Origin: Thermoplasmata archaeon
Lineage (GTDB): Archaea; Thermoplasmatota; Thermoplasmata; GCA-020350865
DNA: 64,000 nt
Direction of reading: 5' to 3'
Assembly: GCA_020348445.1 (NCBI GenBank)
Contig: CP070751.1
Location: forward strand, 3,745,002-3,809,001
Part shown: in pieces, positions 27,350-37,498 of the stretch
How positions within the stretch are numbered: the first letter of the stretch is position 1
Layout of the letters: every line of letters starts with the position of its first letter
Program-made: the position numbers and the translations under genes
The notes under the pieces: generated by a model
Told to the model about the DNA's origin: nothing
Database searches by the model: none
Seen by the model: the letters and a program-made list of their open reading frames with translations, nothing else

Positions 27350-28414
27350 TCAGCATATCCTTGGAACAGGGTCCCCAATAGGCATATCCACTATTCTCTT
27401 CCCGCCTACCGAGGTATTTAAAATAACTATTTCCTCACCTTTTTTTACTTCACCAATTATTGAAGCATCCTTACCCTCTTGAGTTTTTTTCAAAACCTCC
27501 ACAACGTCCTCGGCCTTCTCAGAAACCACCGCCATCACGGCTTTCCCCTCATTTGCTATGTTCAGCACCTCGATTCCCAGCATCTCACATGCTGCAATAA
27601 CAGGTTCTTTAATTGGTATATCATTTTCGTTGATATCTATGTTCACCTTGGATTTTTGGCTCCATTCATTCAGGGTATTGGCAAGTCCACCTCTTGTTGG
27701 ATCTTTCATGGCAACGATGCCACCCACCTCCAAAGCCTTGGATATCATAAAGTTGAGTGGACATGAATCGCTCTCTAACTTGGTTTCATAACCATAACCT
27801 TCCCTTGTTGAGAGGACGGTAATGCCATGATCCCCGATACTTCCAGATATGATGATCTTATCCCCCTCTCTAAGATTAGAATCAAGGAGCCATTTTCCCT
27901 CAAACTCCCGAAACTTCTTTACCTCTTCTATATTGGAATCCAAATGTCGCGACCTTTTTCCAATGCCTGAGGTATTTATGCATATCTTATCCAAAGCTCC
28001 CTTCTCCATGACTTTTGTATCTCCAGTAATTATTGGGATACCTGTCTCCTTTGAGACTTTTCCCACACTATCAAGTATCTTATCAAGATCAGAAATTAAA
28101 AGTCCCTCTTCAAGAATCAGGCCTAGGGATAGAGCAAGAGGTTGTGCACCCATGACTGATATATCGTTAATGGTGCCTGAAACAGCCAAATGGCCGATAT
28201 CCCCTCCTGGAAAAAAGATGGGCTTTACAACGTAAGAGTCGGTGGTAAAGATGATCCCCTCGATAATTCCAGCATCTTCCAAATCCTCGAGGGGAATTTC
28301 AATATCCCCATCTGATTTTACACCTGAAACCCGGTTTAAAATATTCTTTGCAATCAACTTCTGCATCACGGCCCCGCCGGCACCATGGGACAGTGTTATA
28401 CGGTCTTCACCCAT
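27350..28414 (-). CDS. hypE: Hydrogenase maturation carbamoyl dehydratase HypE
   Basis: LSHGAGG, TTDSYVVKPIFFPGGDIG, DPTRGG, ANEG, C-terminal PRIC. Confidence 0.97.
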   Translation of the reverse strand: MGEDRITLSHGAGGAVMQKLIAKNILNRVSGVKSDGDIEIPLEDLEDAGIIEGIIFTTDSYVVKPIFFPGGDIGHLAVSGTINDISVMGAQPLALSLGLILEEGLLISDLDKILDSVGKVSKETGIPIITGDTKVMEKGALDKICINTSGIGKRSRHLDSNIEEVKKFREFEGKWLLDSNLREGDKIIISGSIGDHGITVLSTREGYGYETKLESDSCPLNFMISKALEVGGIVAMKDPTRGGLANTLNEWSQKSKVNIDINENDIPIKEPVIAACEMLGIEVLNIANEGKAVMAVVSEKAEDVVEVLKKTQEGKDASIIGEVKKGEEIVILNTSVGGKRIVDMPIGDPVPRIC

Positions 28415-28484
28415 TTAAACCACTCGCATAAAGGATTTTTATGTTCTTTGCCCAATGGAAGAAAAGGTAAGAAGAAATTAGGAA

Positions 28485-28697
28485 CTAAGCTGGTGGGGCT
28501 TCTCCCTCAACCACGACCTCGGTTACCACCCTTCGGGTATACACGTGAGGCTTTCCCCCTTCATCCTCGATTATCATTGCCTCGAAATTATCTTTTTTAT
28601 ATGCCTCTTCCGCTTTTTTTGCGTGTTCCATACCCTCGTAATCTTCTCCGTCCCACATGAATTTCTTTCCGTCTATGATTTTGAAGCTGTCGGGCAT
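28485..28697 (-). CDS. Small hypothetical protein with a KKFMWDG motif
   Basis: About 70 aa, between the maturation protease and hypE on the same strand; GGGGATGA upstream of ATG 28697 (28706 is an alternative start). Confidence 0.7.
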   Translation of the reverse strand: MPDSFKIIDGKKFMWDGEDYEGMEHAKKAEEAYKKDNFEAMIIEDEGGKPHVYTRRVVTEVVVEGEAPPA

Positions 28698-28778
28698 TAC
28701 TCTCATCCCCCAGTTGAATTTTCGGCCGTGTATTATCTTCATCATATATCATTTTTGCTGACTTTTAAGTGTAAAATA

Positions 28779-29267
28779 TTAAAAGAATTTTTCCTCGATT
28801 AATTTACACATCTCACCAACTTTTTCTTCCAAGGTTTTTGATAATCCGGGCTCAACCTCTTCTGGTATCTTCTCCACCTGACAAGAGAGTATCCTCACAT
28901 CCACATTACAAAGATCCCTAAGCTCCCTTAAAAGATTGGATGTTGGCATTTGATGCATGGAGAAATCATCGATTTTATTCTCAGGAAGCTCCTCCAAATC
29001 GATTTCAAATATCTCTCCGTAAGGCCTTCCAAAATCCACTGCATCAACTATGATTATGGTATCGGGTCTTTGTTCGTCCAAGGTGATGTTGAACAACAAT
29101 TCCCTCACAGAAAGACCTGCATTGATCACATACACATTCTCTGGGATTTTGTAGTTCTTTTGAAGCTCCTCTACAACTGCAGACCCGAAACCATCATCTC
29201 CAAATAGGATGTTTCCGCACCCAAAGATCACTATAGATTTTCCCTTGTATTCTGGCATATCATCCAA
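28779..29267 (-). CDS. Hydrogenase maturation protease (FrhD/HycI-like)
   Basis: GCGNILFGDDGFG, IIVDAVD, SMHQ motifs; TTG 29267 after GGAGGT. Confidence 0.92.
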   Translation of the reverse strand: MDDMPEYKGKSIVIFGCGNILFGDDGFGSAVVEELQKNYKIPENVYVINAGLSVRELLFNITLDEQRPDTIIIVDAVDFGRPYGEIFEIDLEELPENKIDDFSMHQMPTSNLLRELRDLCNVDVRILSCQVEKIPEEVEPGLSKTLEEKVGEMCKLIEEKFF

Positions 29268-29514
29268 ATAAGGAACCTCCCAGCTCCGACACATCTGTAC
29301 TTCTAATAAAGTTTATGGTCGATTCAAGGATTTTTATAGGTTTCTATTTTCCCCCGTTCTGAAGGATAACAAACATAATAAAGCCATAATGAAACGATTT
29401 CAGTTAGTTTATCAAATATTTATACCATATTTCGTCAGTAATATATCGGTATGCGTAGTAGCTTTTATATACTTTCAAGCTATACCCATTCCTACCTTCG
29501 GAAGGAGGGAGATG

Positions 29515-30465
29515 ATGGTAAAAGTAGCAGAAGAATGGCTAAACATTTGTGGCGGTTGTGAAGTGACTGTTTTGGACATCGGCGAACCCTTGCTGGATTT
29601 GCTTCCATCCTTGGATTTCGTTCACATACCAGTGCTCATGGACCATAAGTACTTTGGACAGACTGGTGAGGATGATCCCAATGTGATACAGATTCCAGAG
29701 GCAGACGTAGGGATTATCTCCGGCGGCATTAGAAATGAGAAGGAAAAGCATGTTGCCGAAGCCATGCGTAAAAGCTGTAAGACCTTGATTGCTCTGGGCT
29801 CTTGTGCATGCTTTGGTGGTATCCCTGCATTGGCAAACATGTATACCTTAGATGATCTGACCAACAAAGTGTACAGAGAATCAATGACTACTGAGTCAGC
29901 TGATACCCCCTCGGACAACTTACCTCCTCTTTTAGACAGGGTTTATGCAGTGGACGAAGTCGTAAAAGTGGACCTTCAAATCCCAGGGTGTCCAACAAAT
30001 CCGGGACTTCTCGTTGAAGCTTTGACTGCGCTTTTAGAGGGTAAACCCTTCACTTTGCCAGAAAGGAGCGTATGCGATGATTGCCCTGTAAAAAGGGAGA
30101 AGAAGGCTGAAGTGGCAATAAAACGGCCCTTGCAGGATGCACAGTTCACCCCAGGTCAGTACGAGAGCATGAGATGCTTTAACGAACAGGGAATACTATG
30201 CTTAGGTCCAGTGACAAAATCAGGATGCGGCAAGCCCTACGAAGAAGGGGATGCCATGGTTCCACGCTGTGTCAAGGGTTACATGCCCTGTAGAGGTTGC
30301 TTCGGACCCATAAGAAAAGGCGCAAATCCACTTGTGGATATGATGAGCGCAATGTCAAGCATTGGTTTGGATGCCAAACAGGTAGATGACAGACGAGCAC
30401 TCCTAAACAGATATATTGGAGGACAGAAGAGATTAAGGCCCTTACCTGCGAGGCCACCGAGGTGA
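29515..30465 (+). CDS. mvhG: [NiFe]-hydrogenase small subunit, MvhG-type
   Basis: CGGCE, GSCACFGGIP, PGCP, CLGPVT..GC, PCRGCFGP; ATG after GGAGG. Confidence 0.92.
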   Translation: MVKVAEEWLNICGGCEVTVLDIGEPLLDLLPSLDFVHIPVLMDHKYFGQTGEDDPNVIQIPEADVGIISGGIRNEKEKHVAEAMRKSCKTLIALGSCACFGGIPALANMYTLDDLTNKVYRESMTTESADTPSDNLPPLLDRVYAVDEVVKVDLQIPGCPTNPGLLVEALTALLEGKPFTLPERSVCDDCPVKREKKAEVAIKRPLQDAQFTPGQYESMRCFNEQGILCLGPVTKSGCGKPYEEGDAMVPRCVKGYMPCRGCFGPIRKGANPLVDMMSAMSSIGLDAKQVDDRRALLNRYIGGQKRLRPLPARPPR

Positions 30466-30470
30466 TATGA

Positions 30471-31916
30471 ATGGGAAAAACACTAACAATAGCACCGGTT
30501 TCAAGACTTGAAGGACACGCAAAAGTGACCATAAATTTGGATGATGCAGGCAATGTTGCAGACACCTTCGTAAATGTGGTGGAATTAAGAGGATTCGAGA
30601 AGTTCTGCATTGGAAGACCAGTGGAGGAGCTGCCCAGAATAACCACCAGTATATGCGGTGTCTGCCCGTGGTCCCATCATCTTGCCTCGGCAAAGGCAAA
30701 TGATGCGGTATTCGGGGTTCAGCCACCACCTGCAGGCGCGAAACTAAGAGACCTTTGCAACAGTATAGCCTATACAGAAGAGCATATCCTGCACTTCTAT
30801 TTCCTGGCAGGTGCGGACTTTGTCATGGGCCCGTCAGCTGCATATGCGGTAAGGAATGTGATAGGCATTGCAGGGCAACATCCAGATATCGCGAAGACGG
30901 TGGTTCGTAATCGTCATCTTGGGGCAAGGATGCTTGAGATTATCTCGGGCAAGGCTATACATCCAGTAACTGCCGTGCCTGGAGGTTATAGCAAACCGCT
31001 CACCGAGGATGAGAGACAGAAAGTGCTACCCATGGCGGAAGAGGTACTGGAATTTGCCAAGTTCACAATCAAGTATGCAAAGGAGAACATCTTCCCCAAG
31101 TACTTGGATACAGTGAAAACATTGGGTGTGATCAAAACCGGTTTTCTGGGTACCATTGCCGAGGACGGTTCTTTGAACTGTTATGATGGAAAACTACGCA
31201 TGATGAAACCTGACGGTAGCTACGAGGACTTCACTTACGAGGAGTACACAGATCATATTGGCGAGAAGGTTCTTCCCTGGAGCTACCTGAAATTCCCGTA
31301 TGCTAAAAAATGGGGTGAAGGCTTCGACATGAATCTGGAAGCTCCAAAGGGTATCTATCGAACCAATACGTTGGCAAGAATAAACGTAGCAGACAAGATG
31401 GCAACACCACTGGCACAGGAAGAATTCACAGAATTTAGGAACCAGTTCGGAAGACCAGCCCAATTGACCCTACTCTATCACTGGGCCAGGCTCATTGAGC
31501 TACTGTATCATGCAGAGCACATGGTAGAGCTACTAAACGACCCAGAGATTACAAGCACTGAAACAAGAGTTGCGGTCACTCCAAGAGCTGCAAGAGGTAT
31601 AGGTTGCACTGAGGCACCAAGAGGAACACTCATCCATGATTACGAGACTGACGAAAAGGGTATGATAAAGAACGTGAACCTTATCGTCGGTACAACCCAC
31701 AACAACGCACCGATAAACATGTCAGTGAAACAAGCAGCTACAACCCTGATAAAGGGCGGTGCTTACGACGAGGGCATACTGAATCAGGTGGAAATGAGCA
31801 TAAGGGCTTATGACCCGTGTCTCTCGTGCGCCACCCACAACCTTGACGGCACCATACCAGTAAAACTGGATATAATCGACCACAAGGGAAAACTCATAAA
31901 AACCTTTAAAAACTAA
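30471..31916 (+). CDS. mvhA: [NiFe]-hydrogenase large subunit, group 3c MvhA-type
   Basis: SRLEGH, ICGVCPWSH (L1), EAPRGTLIHDY, RAYDPCLSCATH (L2) plus a cleavable C-terminal tail. Confidence 0.94.
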   Translation: MGKTLTIAPVSRLEGHAKVTINLDDAGNVADTFVNVVELRGFEKFCIGRPVEELPRITTSICGVCPWSHHLASAKANDAVFGVQPPPAGAKLRDLCNSIAYTEEHILHFYFLAGADFVMGPSAAYAVRNVIGIAGQHPDIAKTVVRNRHLGARMLEIISGKAIHPVTAVPGGYSKPLTEDERQKVLPMAEEVLEFAKFTIKYAKENIFPKYLDTVKTLGVIKTGFLGTIAEDGSLNCYDGKLRMMKPDGSYEDFTYEEYTDHIGEKVLPWSYLKFPYAKKWGEGFDMNLEAPKGIYRTNTLARINVADKMATPLAQEEFTEFRNQFGRPAQLTLLYHWARLIELLYHAEHMVELLNDPEITSTETRVAVTPRAARGIGCTEAPRGTLIHDYETDEKGMIKNVNLIVGTTHNNAPINMSVKQAATTLIKGGAYDEGILNQVEMSIRAYDPCLSCATHNLDGTIPVKLDIIDHKGKLIKTFKN

Positions 31917-31919
31917 ACT

Positions 31920-31950
31920 CCAATCTTTTTTCTTTTTTTTATTTTTCTCT
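31920..31950. terminator. T-rich terminator region between mvhA and the convergent FKBP gene
   Basis: TCTTTTTTCTTTTTTTTATTTTTC immediately after the mvhA stop. Confidence 0.45.
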
Positions 31951-31963
31951 AATTATACCCTAT

Positions 31964-32389
31964 TTAGGAGGCTATATCAACGATCTTTACTTTAAAGTTC
32001 AAAACCTTTCCTGCTAATGGATGGTTTATATCCACAGTTATCCATTGCTCTGTTACATCCAATATCTTCACAGGTATCTGCATACCCGCGGGTAGGGTGG
32101 TAATCAGAATCATTCCCGGCCTGATATGTTCTGGAACCCGCTCTCTTGGAGCTTTTAGAATTAACTGAGGATTATGTTCACCATATGCATCCTCTGGTTT
32201 TATTTTGAATTCCTTTTCTTCCCCATTTTCCATTCCTATCACGGCTTTTTCAAAGCCAGGTAGCATATACCCTATACCAACTTCAAATTCCAATGGTTCT
32301 CCATTTATTTTGGAGCTATCAAATACAACTCCATCATCGAACCTTCCTTCAAATTCGACCCTGATAATATCTCCTTTTTTAATGGACAT
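31964..32389 (-). CDS. slyD: FKBP-type peptidyl-prolyl isomerase (short SlyD-like), copy 1
   Basis: VFDSS...PLEFEVG...PGFEKA...PEDAYGE...DINHPLAGK. Confidence 0.9.
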   Translation of the reverse strand: MSIKKGDIIRVEFEGRFDDGVVFDSSKINGEPLEFEVGIGYMLPGFEKAVIGMENGEEKEFKIKPEDAYGEHNPQLILKAPRERVPEHIRPGMILITTLPAGMQIPVKILDVTEQWITVDINHPLAGKVLNFKVKIVDIAS

Positions 32390-32651
32390 TTTACCGACTC
32401 CTTAAGGGTAAAAATGGAAAATACCCTTTTTTCAACATCAGTTACTGTTTTCATTTGATGTTATATAATTATTTGTTCCCCATTTCCATTTTCGAATATC
32501 AATTTTAAAAATATCATTGGAATCATGAGATTATAAGTGAAAATTTTAAAAACCTTCAAAAACCAAATCCAAACCTTATTTTTTTTAAATCTTTATCTAT
32601 CTTGAAGTAAAGATTCTATTGATTTAAATCGTATATTCGGTCAAAAGAAAA

Positions 32652-33077
32652 TTAAGACGAAATATCCACAACCTTGATTTTAAAGTTCAGGCTCTCTCCT
32701 GCCAAAGGATGATTCATATCTATTGTTACCATTTCCTCTGTTACTTCTGATACCCGAACTGGCATCTGCAGGCCATTTGGAAGGGCCACAACCAACATCA
32801 TCCCGCAAACCACACCGGGTGGCACTTGGTCTTTTGGGACCTTCTGGACAAGCTGAGGATTTCTGTCGCCGTACGCTTCGGACGGCCCAAGCTTGAATTC
32901 CTTTTCCTCCCCAGTTTCCATTCCAATTACAGCATTTTCAAAACCAGGGATTATTTGCCCCGTCCCCACCTCAAATTCTAAAGGTTCGCCGTGTTTTTTG
33001 GAACTATCAAATACGGTTCCATCGTCCAAGGTCCCTTCATATTCCACTTTTACTTTATCCCCATTTTTTACTGGCAT
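32652..33077 (-). CDS. slyD: FKBP-type peptidyl-prolyl isomerase (short SlyD-like), copy 2
   Basis: GTVFDSS...PLEFEVGTGQIIPGFE...DMNHPLAGE; ATG 33077 after GGAGATGA. Confidence 0.9.
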   Translation of the reverse strand: MPVKNGDKVKVEYEGTLDDGTVFDSSKKHGEPLEFEVGTGQIIPGFENAVIGMETGEEKEFKLGPSEAYGDRNPQLVQKVPKDQVPPGVVCGMMLVVALPNGLQMPVRVSEVTEEMVTIDMNHPLAGESLNFKIKVVDISS

Positions 33078-33245
33078 AAAGTCATCTCCATAATCGCAAA
33101 ACAAGTAAAAAACCAATTTTACGATCTTTTAGACCTACAGGTTAATTTTATTTAAGCCTTTGGTTACAATTATCGGCCAGGGGAAAAATAGGAATAATCT
33201 GTCTATAATCCGGTAATTAGCCTGGAGTTCTATATAAAGTGACTT

Positions 33246-33692
33246 TCAGTACATCTTATACGGGCTCGGTCCCAGAGATTTAATGGTATCAGTGAAATCC
33301 TTCATCAGCTCAGCAAATCTCTGTCCCTCGGAGGCAGATACCCATTCCAGGCGGTATCGCTCGGGCTCGATTCCAAGGTCCTCTAACATTAGAAAGAGGG
33401 CATCTGCCCTTTTTTCTGCCTTAAGGTTACCCTCTAGGTAATGGCAATCCCCTGGGTGGCAGCCGCACATGAGCACTCCGTCGGCACCTTTTGAGAGTGC
33501 ATCGATAACAAGGTTTGGATGCACCATGCCAGAGCACATTACACGAATTATACGTATATTGTGGGGGTATTGCAGTCTAGAAGTACCTGCCAAATCAGCC
33601 CCTGTATATGAACACCAATTGCAGCATATTGCCAGTATTAACGGCTCGAATTCCTCTTCTTGCGTTACACCCTCAGCAGCCCCTTCTTCCAT
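33246..33692 (-). CDS. mvhD: MvhD [2Fe-2S] subunit (stand-alone, short)
   Basis: CCNWCSYTGAD, MCSG, GCHPGDCHY, EWVSASEG. Confidence 0.94.
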   Translation of the reverse strand: MEEGAAEGVTQEEEFEPLILAICCNWCSYTGADLAGTSRLQYPHNIRIIRVMCSGMVHPNLVIDALSKGADGVLMCGCHPGDCHYLEGNLKAEKRADALFLMLEDLGIEPERYRLEWVSASEGQRFAELMKDFTDTIKSLGPSPYKMY

Positions 33693-36600
33693 TTATACCA
33701 CCTCCAGTGCAGCTCCAATCATTGCAGATATTTGATCCAGTGTAAAACCTTTGACCATAACGCCCCTCTTCGGGCATGTGGCCATGCACACACCGCAGCC
33801 CTTACAAGCAGCCTCGTTTCGCTCCACAGTCTTCTTCACATTTCCGTTTCTCATGTACTCTATCAACGTCAGAGCATTGAATGGGCAGGGATCAATACAA
33901 TATGCACATCCATCACAGTTTTCGTCGATGATCTCCGATATCGTTGGCTCAAGCTCCATGATCTCATCAGAAAGAATCGTGCATGCCCTGGATACAGCTC
34001 CACAAGCCTGGGATATACTCTCATCAATGAATTTTGGGCTGTGTGCCAGGCCACATAAAAACACCCCTTCGGTTGCGAAGTCCACGGGCCGAAGTTTCAT
34101 ATGGGCCTCCAGGAAGAACTTGTCCTTTGAGAGCGGGATCTTGAGCATCTTAGCCAATTCTTCATTATCTGGCTGCGGCAAAGTGGCTGCTGAAAGCACC
34201 ACATATTCTGGTTTTATTTTGATATGCTCTCCTAGGATCGGATCGTTTATAGATACTACCAGATCATCGCCTTCTTTGGTAACCTCAGGTTTGTTTTCGT
34301 CATCGTACCTAATGAACCTCACTCCCTTGTCAGCAGCTTCCCTGTAGTAGTCCTCCCTGAAACCATAAGATCTGATGTCCTTGTAGAGTACGATTATTTG
34401 AGCATCTGGATTCTTTTCCTTGATCTTCAAGGCATTTTTAATGGCATCTGCACAGCATATCCTGCTGCAGTAAGGTCTTTCCTCTATCCTTGAGCCAACG
34501 CATTGGATCATTACAACACTGTTTGGTTTGATTTCATCCTTAGCAAGTTTCCCCTCAAGGTCCATTTGGGTAAGAACGCGGCTATCTTCCCTGTATAAAT
34601 ATTCAGTAGGTTTGTATTCTTGACCTCCTGTAGCTACAATAACAACTCCATGCTCGATTTTTGTGTCATCGGAAAGTTCGGTTGTGAAGCTGCCCATGAA
34701 TCCTTCTATGCTTTTTACAGTGGTTTCAAGATGTAACTTTATTTTATCGTCATTTTTAACCTTCTCGATAATCTCCTTTAACATCTTCTGCGGATCCTCA
34801 CCTTTCTCGCTTAACACATGGTAAATATTTCTGAGATTTCCCCCGAGCTCCTTCTCCCTTTCCACAAGATGAACTTCAAATCCCTGCTTTGCCATCTCAA
34901 GTGCTGCGGTCATGCCAGAAAGTCCACCACCTATGACAAGTCCAGATTGGAATACATTCAGTTCCAGTTTATACAATGGCTCAAGCAGTCTTGATTTTGC
35001 TACAGCCATTCTAACGAGGTCCTTTGCCTTTTTAGTAGCGTTATCAGCATCATGCATGTGCACCCATGAGCACTGGTCCCTGATATTTGCCATTTCAAAG
35101 AGATAGGGATTCAATCCACCTTCCTTTGTGGTGCTCCTGAAAAGAGGCTCATGGGTTCTTGGTGTGCATGATGCCACGATTACTCTGTTCAGGTTGTGCT
35201 CCACAATTTTCTCCTTGATTCCCTTTTGGGTGTCCTCGGAACAGGTATAGAGGTTGTGTTCGGCATGTTCAACATTTGGTAACGTTTTTGCATATTCCAC
35301 GACATCTGGAACGTTCACCACACCACCGATGTTGATTCCACAGTGGCAGATAAAGACTCCGATTCTGGGATCCTCACCTAAAACATCCCTTTCTGGTGGG
35401 TACTCCTTGGGAGTGATCATCTTCCCTCTCTCAGAGGAGATAATGGATGATGCTTTGGCTGCTGCTCCACTTGCCTGGGCCACCGTATCTGGGATGTCCT
35501 TGGGACCGTTGAAAACACCGCTCACATAAACTCCTTCCCTTGATGTTTCCAAGGGTGAGAAAACTCCAGTTGAGCAGAAGTCATACTTGTTCAAATCAAT
35601 ACCCAGTGTCTCTGCAAATTCCTTCACGTTTTCAGGGGGTCTGAAACCTGTGGATAAAACAACCATGTTGAATTCTTCTTCCTTAACCTCCCCATCTTCT
35701 ACATATTTGATTATGAGGTTGTTAGTTTCAGGTACCTCACGAACCTCGGCCACCCTGCATCGTGTGAACTTGATCTTGTGCTCCTCCTGGGCTCTCGTGT
35801 AGTAATCATCGAATTCCTTACCAAAGGCTCTCAGGTCCATGAAGAAAATATGGGATTTCAAGCCCTCTGAATGCTCCTGAGCAATTATCGCCTCTTTCAT
35901 TGCGAACATGCAACATACTGAGGAACAATATTCGCTTCCTGCTTGGCTGTCTCTGCTTCCCACGCATTGTAAGAACGCCACCTTTTCTGGAATGTCCCCG
36001 TCAGAAGGTCGCATCACTGTACCTGCGAAGGGTCCTGTTGCAGAAAGGAATCTTTCAAATTCCATACTCGATACTACATTCTTGTATCTGCCGTAGCCAT
36101 ATTCGGTTTTCAGAGAAGGATCGAACATACTATATCCCGGGGATAAAACGATGGAACCCACATTCAAATCGAACTTCTGCTCCTCTTGGTCGTACTCCAC
36201 TGCCTCGGCCTTGCATTCCTCCTGGCAGATGCCGCATCCTATGCATTTTTCCTTGTCTATCATGAATTTCAGAGGAACTGATTGAGGGTAACGAATAAAG
36301 GTCGCCCCCCTTCTAGTCAATCCCCAGTTGTACTCATCTATTGCTTCAACGGGACATTTTGCACCACAGACTCCGCATCCTGTACATTTTTCTTCATTGA
36401 TCCTCCTTGGCCTTCTTACGAGATTAACGTTGAAATTTCCTGCCTCACCTTCAATTGATTCGATCTCTGTGTTGCTGATGACCTCGATATTATGATGTCT
36501 TCCCGTTCCCACGAGCTTTGGAGCCATGATGCACATGGCGCAGTCGTTTGTTGGAAAGGTTTTATCCAACTGGGACATCACACCTCCTATTGAGGGGAGC

Positions 36601-36710
36601 TTATCTATTAGATAAACCTTGAATCCTGCATCTGCAAGATCAAGTGATGATTGCATTCCGGAAATTCCACCCCCGACAACAAGAACCGCTCCCACCTTAT
36701 CATTGCTCAT
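33693..36710 (-). CDS. hdrA: HdrA-family protein, ~1000-aa tandem two-flavin-domain type
   Basis: Two GGGxxG Rossmann motifs, KTFPTNDCAMC, inserted 2x[4Fe-4S], CSSVCC, CHCG/ASCTP, CSRICC, C-terminal 2x[4Fe-4S]. Confidence 0.93.
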   Translation of the reverse strand: MSNDKVGAVLVVGGGISGMQSSLDLADAGFKVYLIDKLPSIGGVMSQLDKTFPTNDCAMCIMAPKLVGTGRHHNIEVISNTEIESIEGEAGNFNVNLVRRPRRINEEKCTGCGVCGAKCPVEAIDEYNWGLTRRGATFIRYPQSVPLKFMIDKEKCIGCGICQEECKAEAVEYDQEEQKFDLNVGSIVLSPGYSMFDPSLKTEYGYGRYKNVVSSMEFERFLSATGPFAGTVMRPSDGDIPEKVAFLQCVGSRDSQAGSEYCSSVCCMFAMKEAIIAQEHSEGLKSHIFFMDLRAFGKEFDDYYTRAQEEHKIKFTRCRVAEVREVPETNNLIIKYVEDGEVKEEEFNMVVLSTGFRPPENVKEFAETLGIDLNKYDFCSTGVFSPLETSREGVYVSGVFNGPKDIPDTVAQASGAAAKASSIISSERGKMITPKEYPPERDVLGEDPRIGVFICHCGINIGGVVNVPDVVEYAKTLPNVEHAEHNLYTCSEDTQKGIKEKIVEHNLNRVIVASCTPRTHEPLFRSTTKEGGLNPYLFEMANIRDQCSWVHMHDADNATKKAKDLVRMAVAKSRLLEPLYKLELNVFQSGLVIGGGLSGMTAALEMAKQGFEVHLVEREKELGGNLRNIYHVLSEKGEDPQKMLKEIIEKVKNDDKIKLHLETTVKSIEGFMGSFTTELSDDTKIEHGVVIVATGGQEYKPTEYLYREDSRVLTQMDLEGKLAKDEIKPNSVVMIQCVGSRIEERPYCSRICCADAIKNALKIKEKNPDAQIIVLYKDIRSYGFREDYYREAADKGVRFIRYDDENKPEVTKEGDDLVVSINDPILGEHIKIKPEYVVLSAATLPQPDNEELAKMLKIPLSKDKFFLEAHMKLRPVDFATEGVFLCGLAHSPKFIDESISQACGAVSRACTILSDEIMELEPTISEIIDENCDGCAYCIDPCPFNALTLIEYMRNGNVKKTVERNEAACKGCGVCMATCPKRGVMVKGFTLDQISAMIGAALEVV

Positions 36711-37498
36711 GCTTTCACCTCCGGTACAATGGAGATGTATTTGGGTGTAAATCCTTCGATTGAGTCCAGTGCAAGCTGATTTCTCTTTCTAAGAAAGACC
36801 ACATGATCCAGAATTCTGTCTGTAGGAAGATCAATCTCAGAGGCGAGCTCCTTTACTGACATTGGTTTTTCGGTAATTAGGCCAAGTAGTCTCTTCCTTT
36901 CAAACTCGGCCTCGATGGCGTCCTCCATAAACTCGTCCCACTCCTCCTGACTCTTGGTTTCATTATATACATTACCCTGTTCCACTATCTTTCTCTCTTT
37001 TGAAACAATGGCTCTGAGTCTGAAATCCAGTGCTGCGAGCTTGGCCGCATTTATATTGGCCATTAGTTTCTCATCCGGTTTCTCTCCAGATAACGGGCTC
37101 GGCCCCAATTCCTGAATTTGCTTGGGAAATTCTCTCATGAGTATAGCAAATCTTTCACCTTCTGATGCTGCAACCCATTCCATTCTGAGCCTTTCAGGCT
37201 CCAATCCAGCTTTCTTAACAAGCTGTCTCGTCATCTTTATCTTTCTTTCAGCCTGGTAGTTGCCCTCAAGGTAATGGCAGTCTCCAGGGTGGCATCCACC
37301 TATAAACACACCATCCACACCCTGGGTAAAGGCTTCGAGGACGATATAGGGATCGATTCTTCCTGAACACATGACTCTGATGATCCTGATGTTTGGAGGA
37401 TACTGGAATCTGGAAACACCTGCCAAATCGGCTCCTGCATATGAACACCAGTTGCATAAGAAGCCAACAATTTTCGGTTCAAATTCAGTCTCAGCCAT
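36707..37498 (-). CDS. mvhD: MvhD with C-terminal extension ending in a winged-helix-like segment
   Basis: MvhD motifs in the first ~135 aa; then SVKELASEIDLPTDRILDHVVFLRKRNQL. Confidence 0.88.
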   Translation of the reverse strand: MAETEFEPKIVGFLCNWCSYAGADLAGVSRFQYPPNIRIIRVMCSGRIDPYIVLEAFTQGVDGVFIGGCHPGDCHYLEGNYQAERKIKMTRQLVKKAGLEPERLRMEWVAASEGERFAILMREFPKQIQELGPSPLSGEKPDEKLMANINAAKLAALDFRLRAIVSKERKIVEQGNVYNETKSQEEWDEFMEDAIEAEFERKRLLGLITEKPMSVKELASEIDLPTDRILDHVVFLRKRNQLALDSIEGFTPKYISIVPEVKA

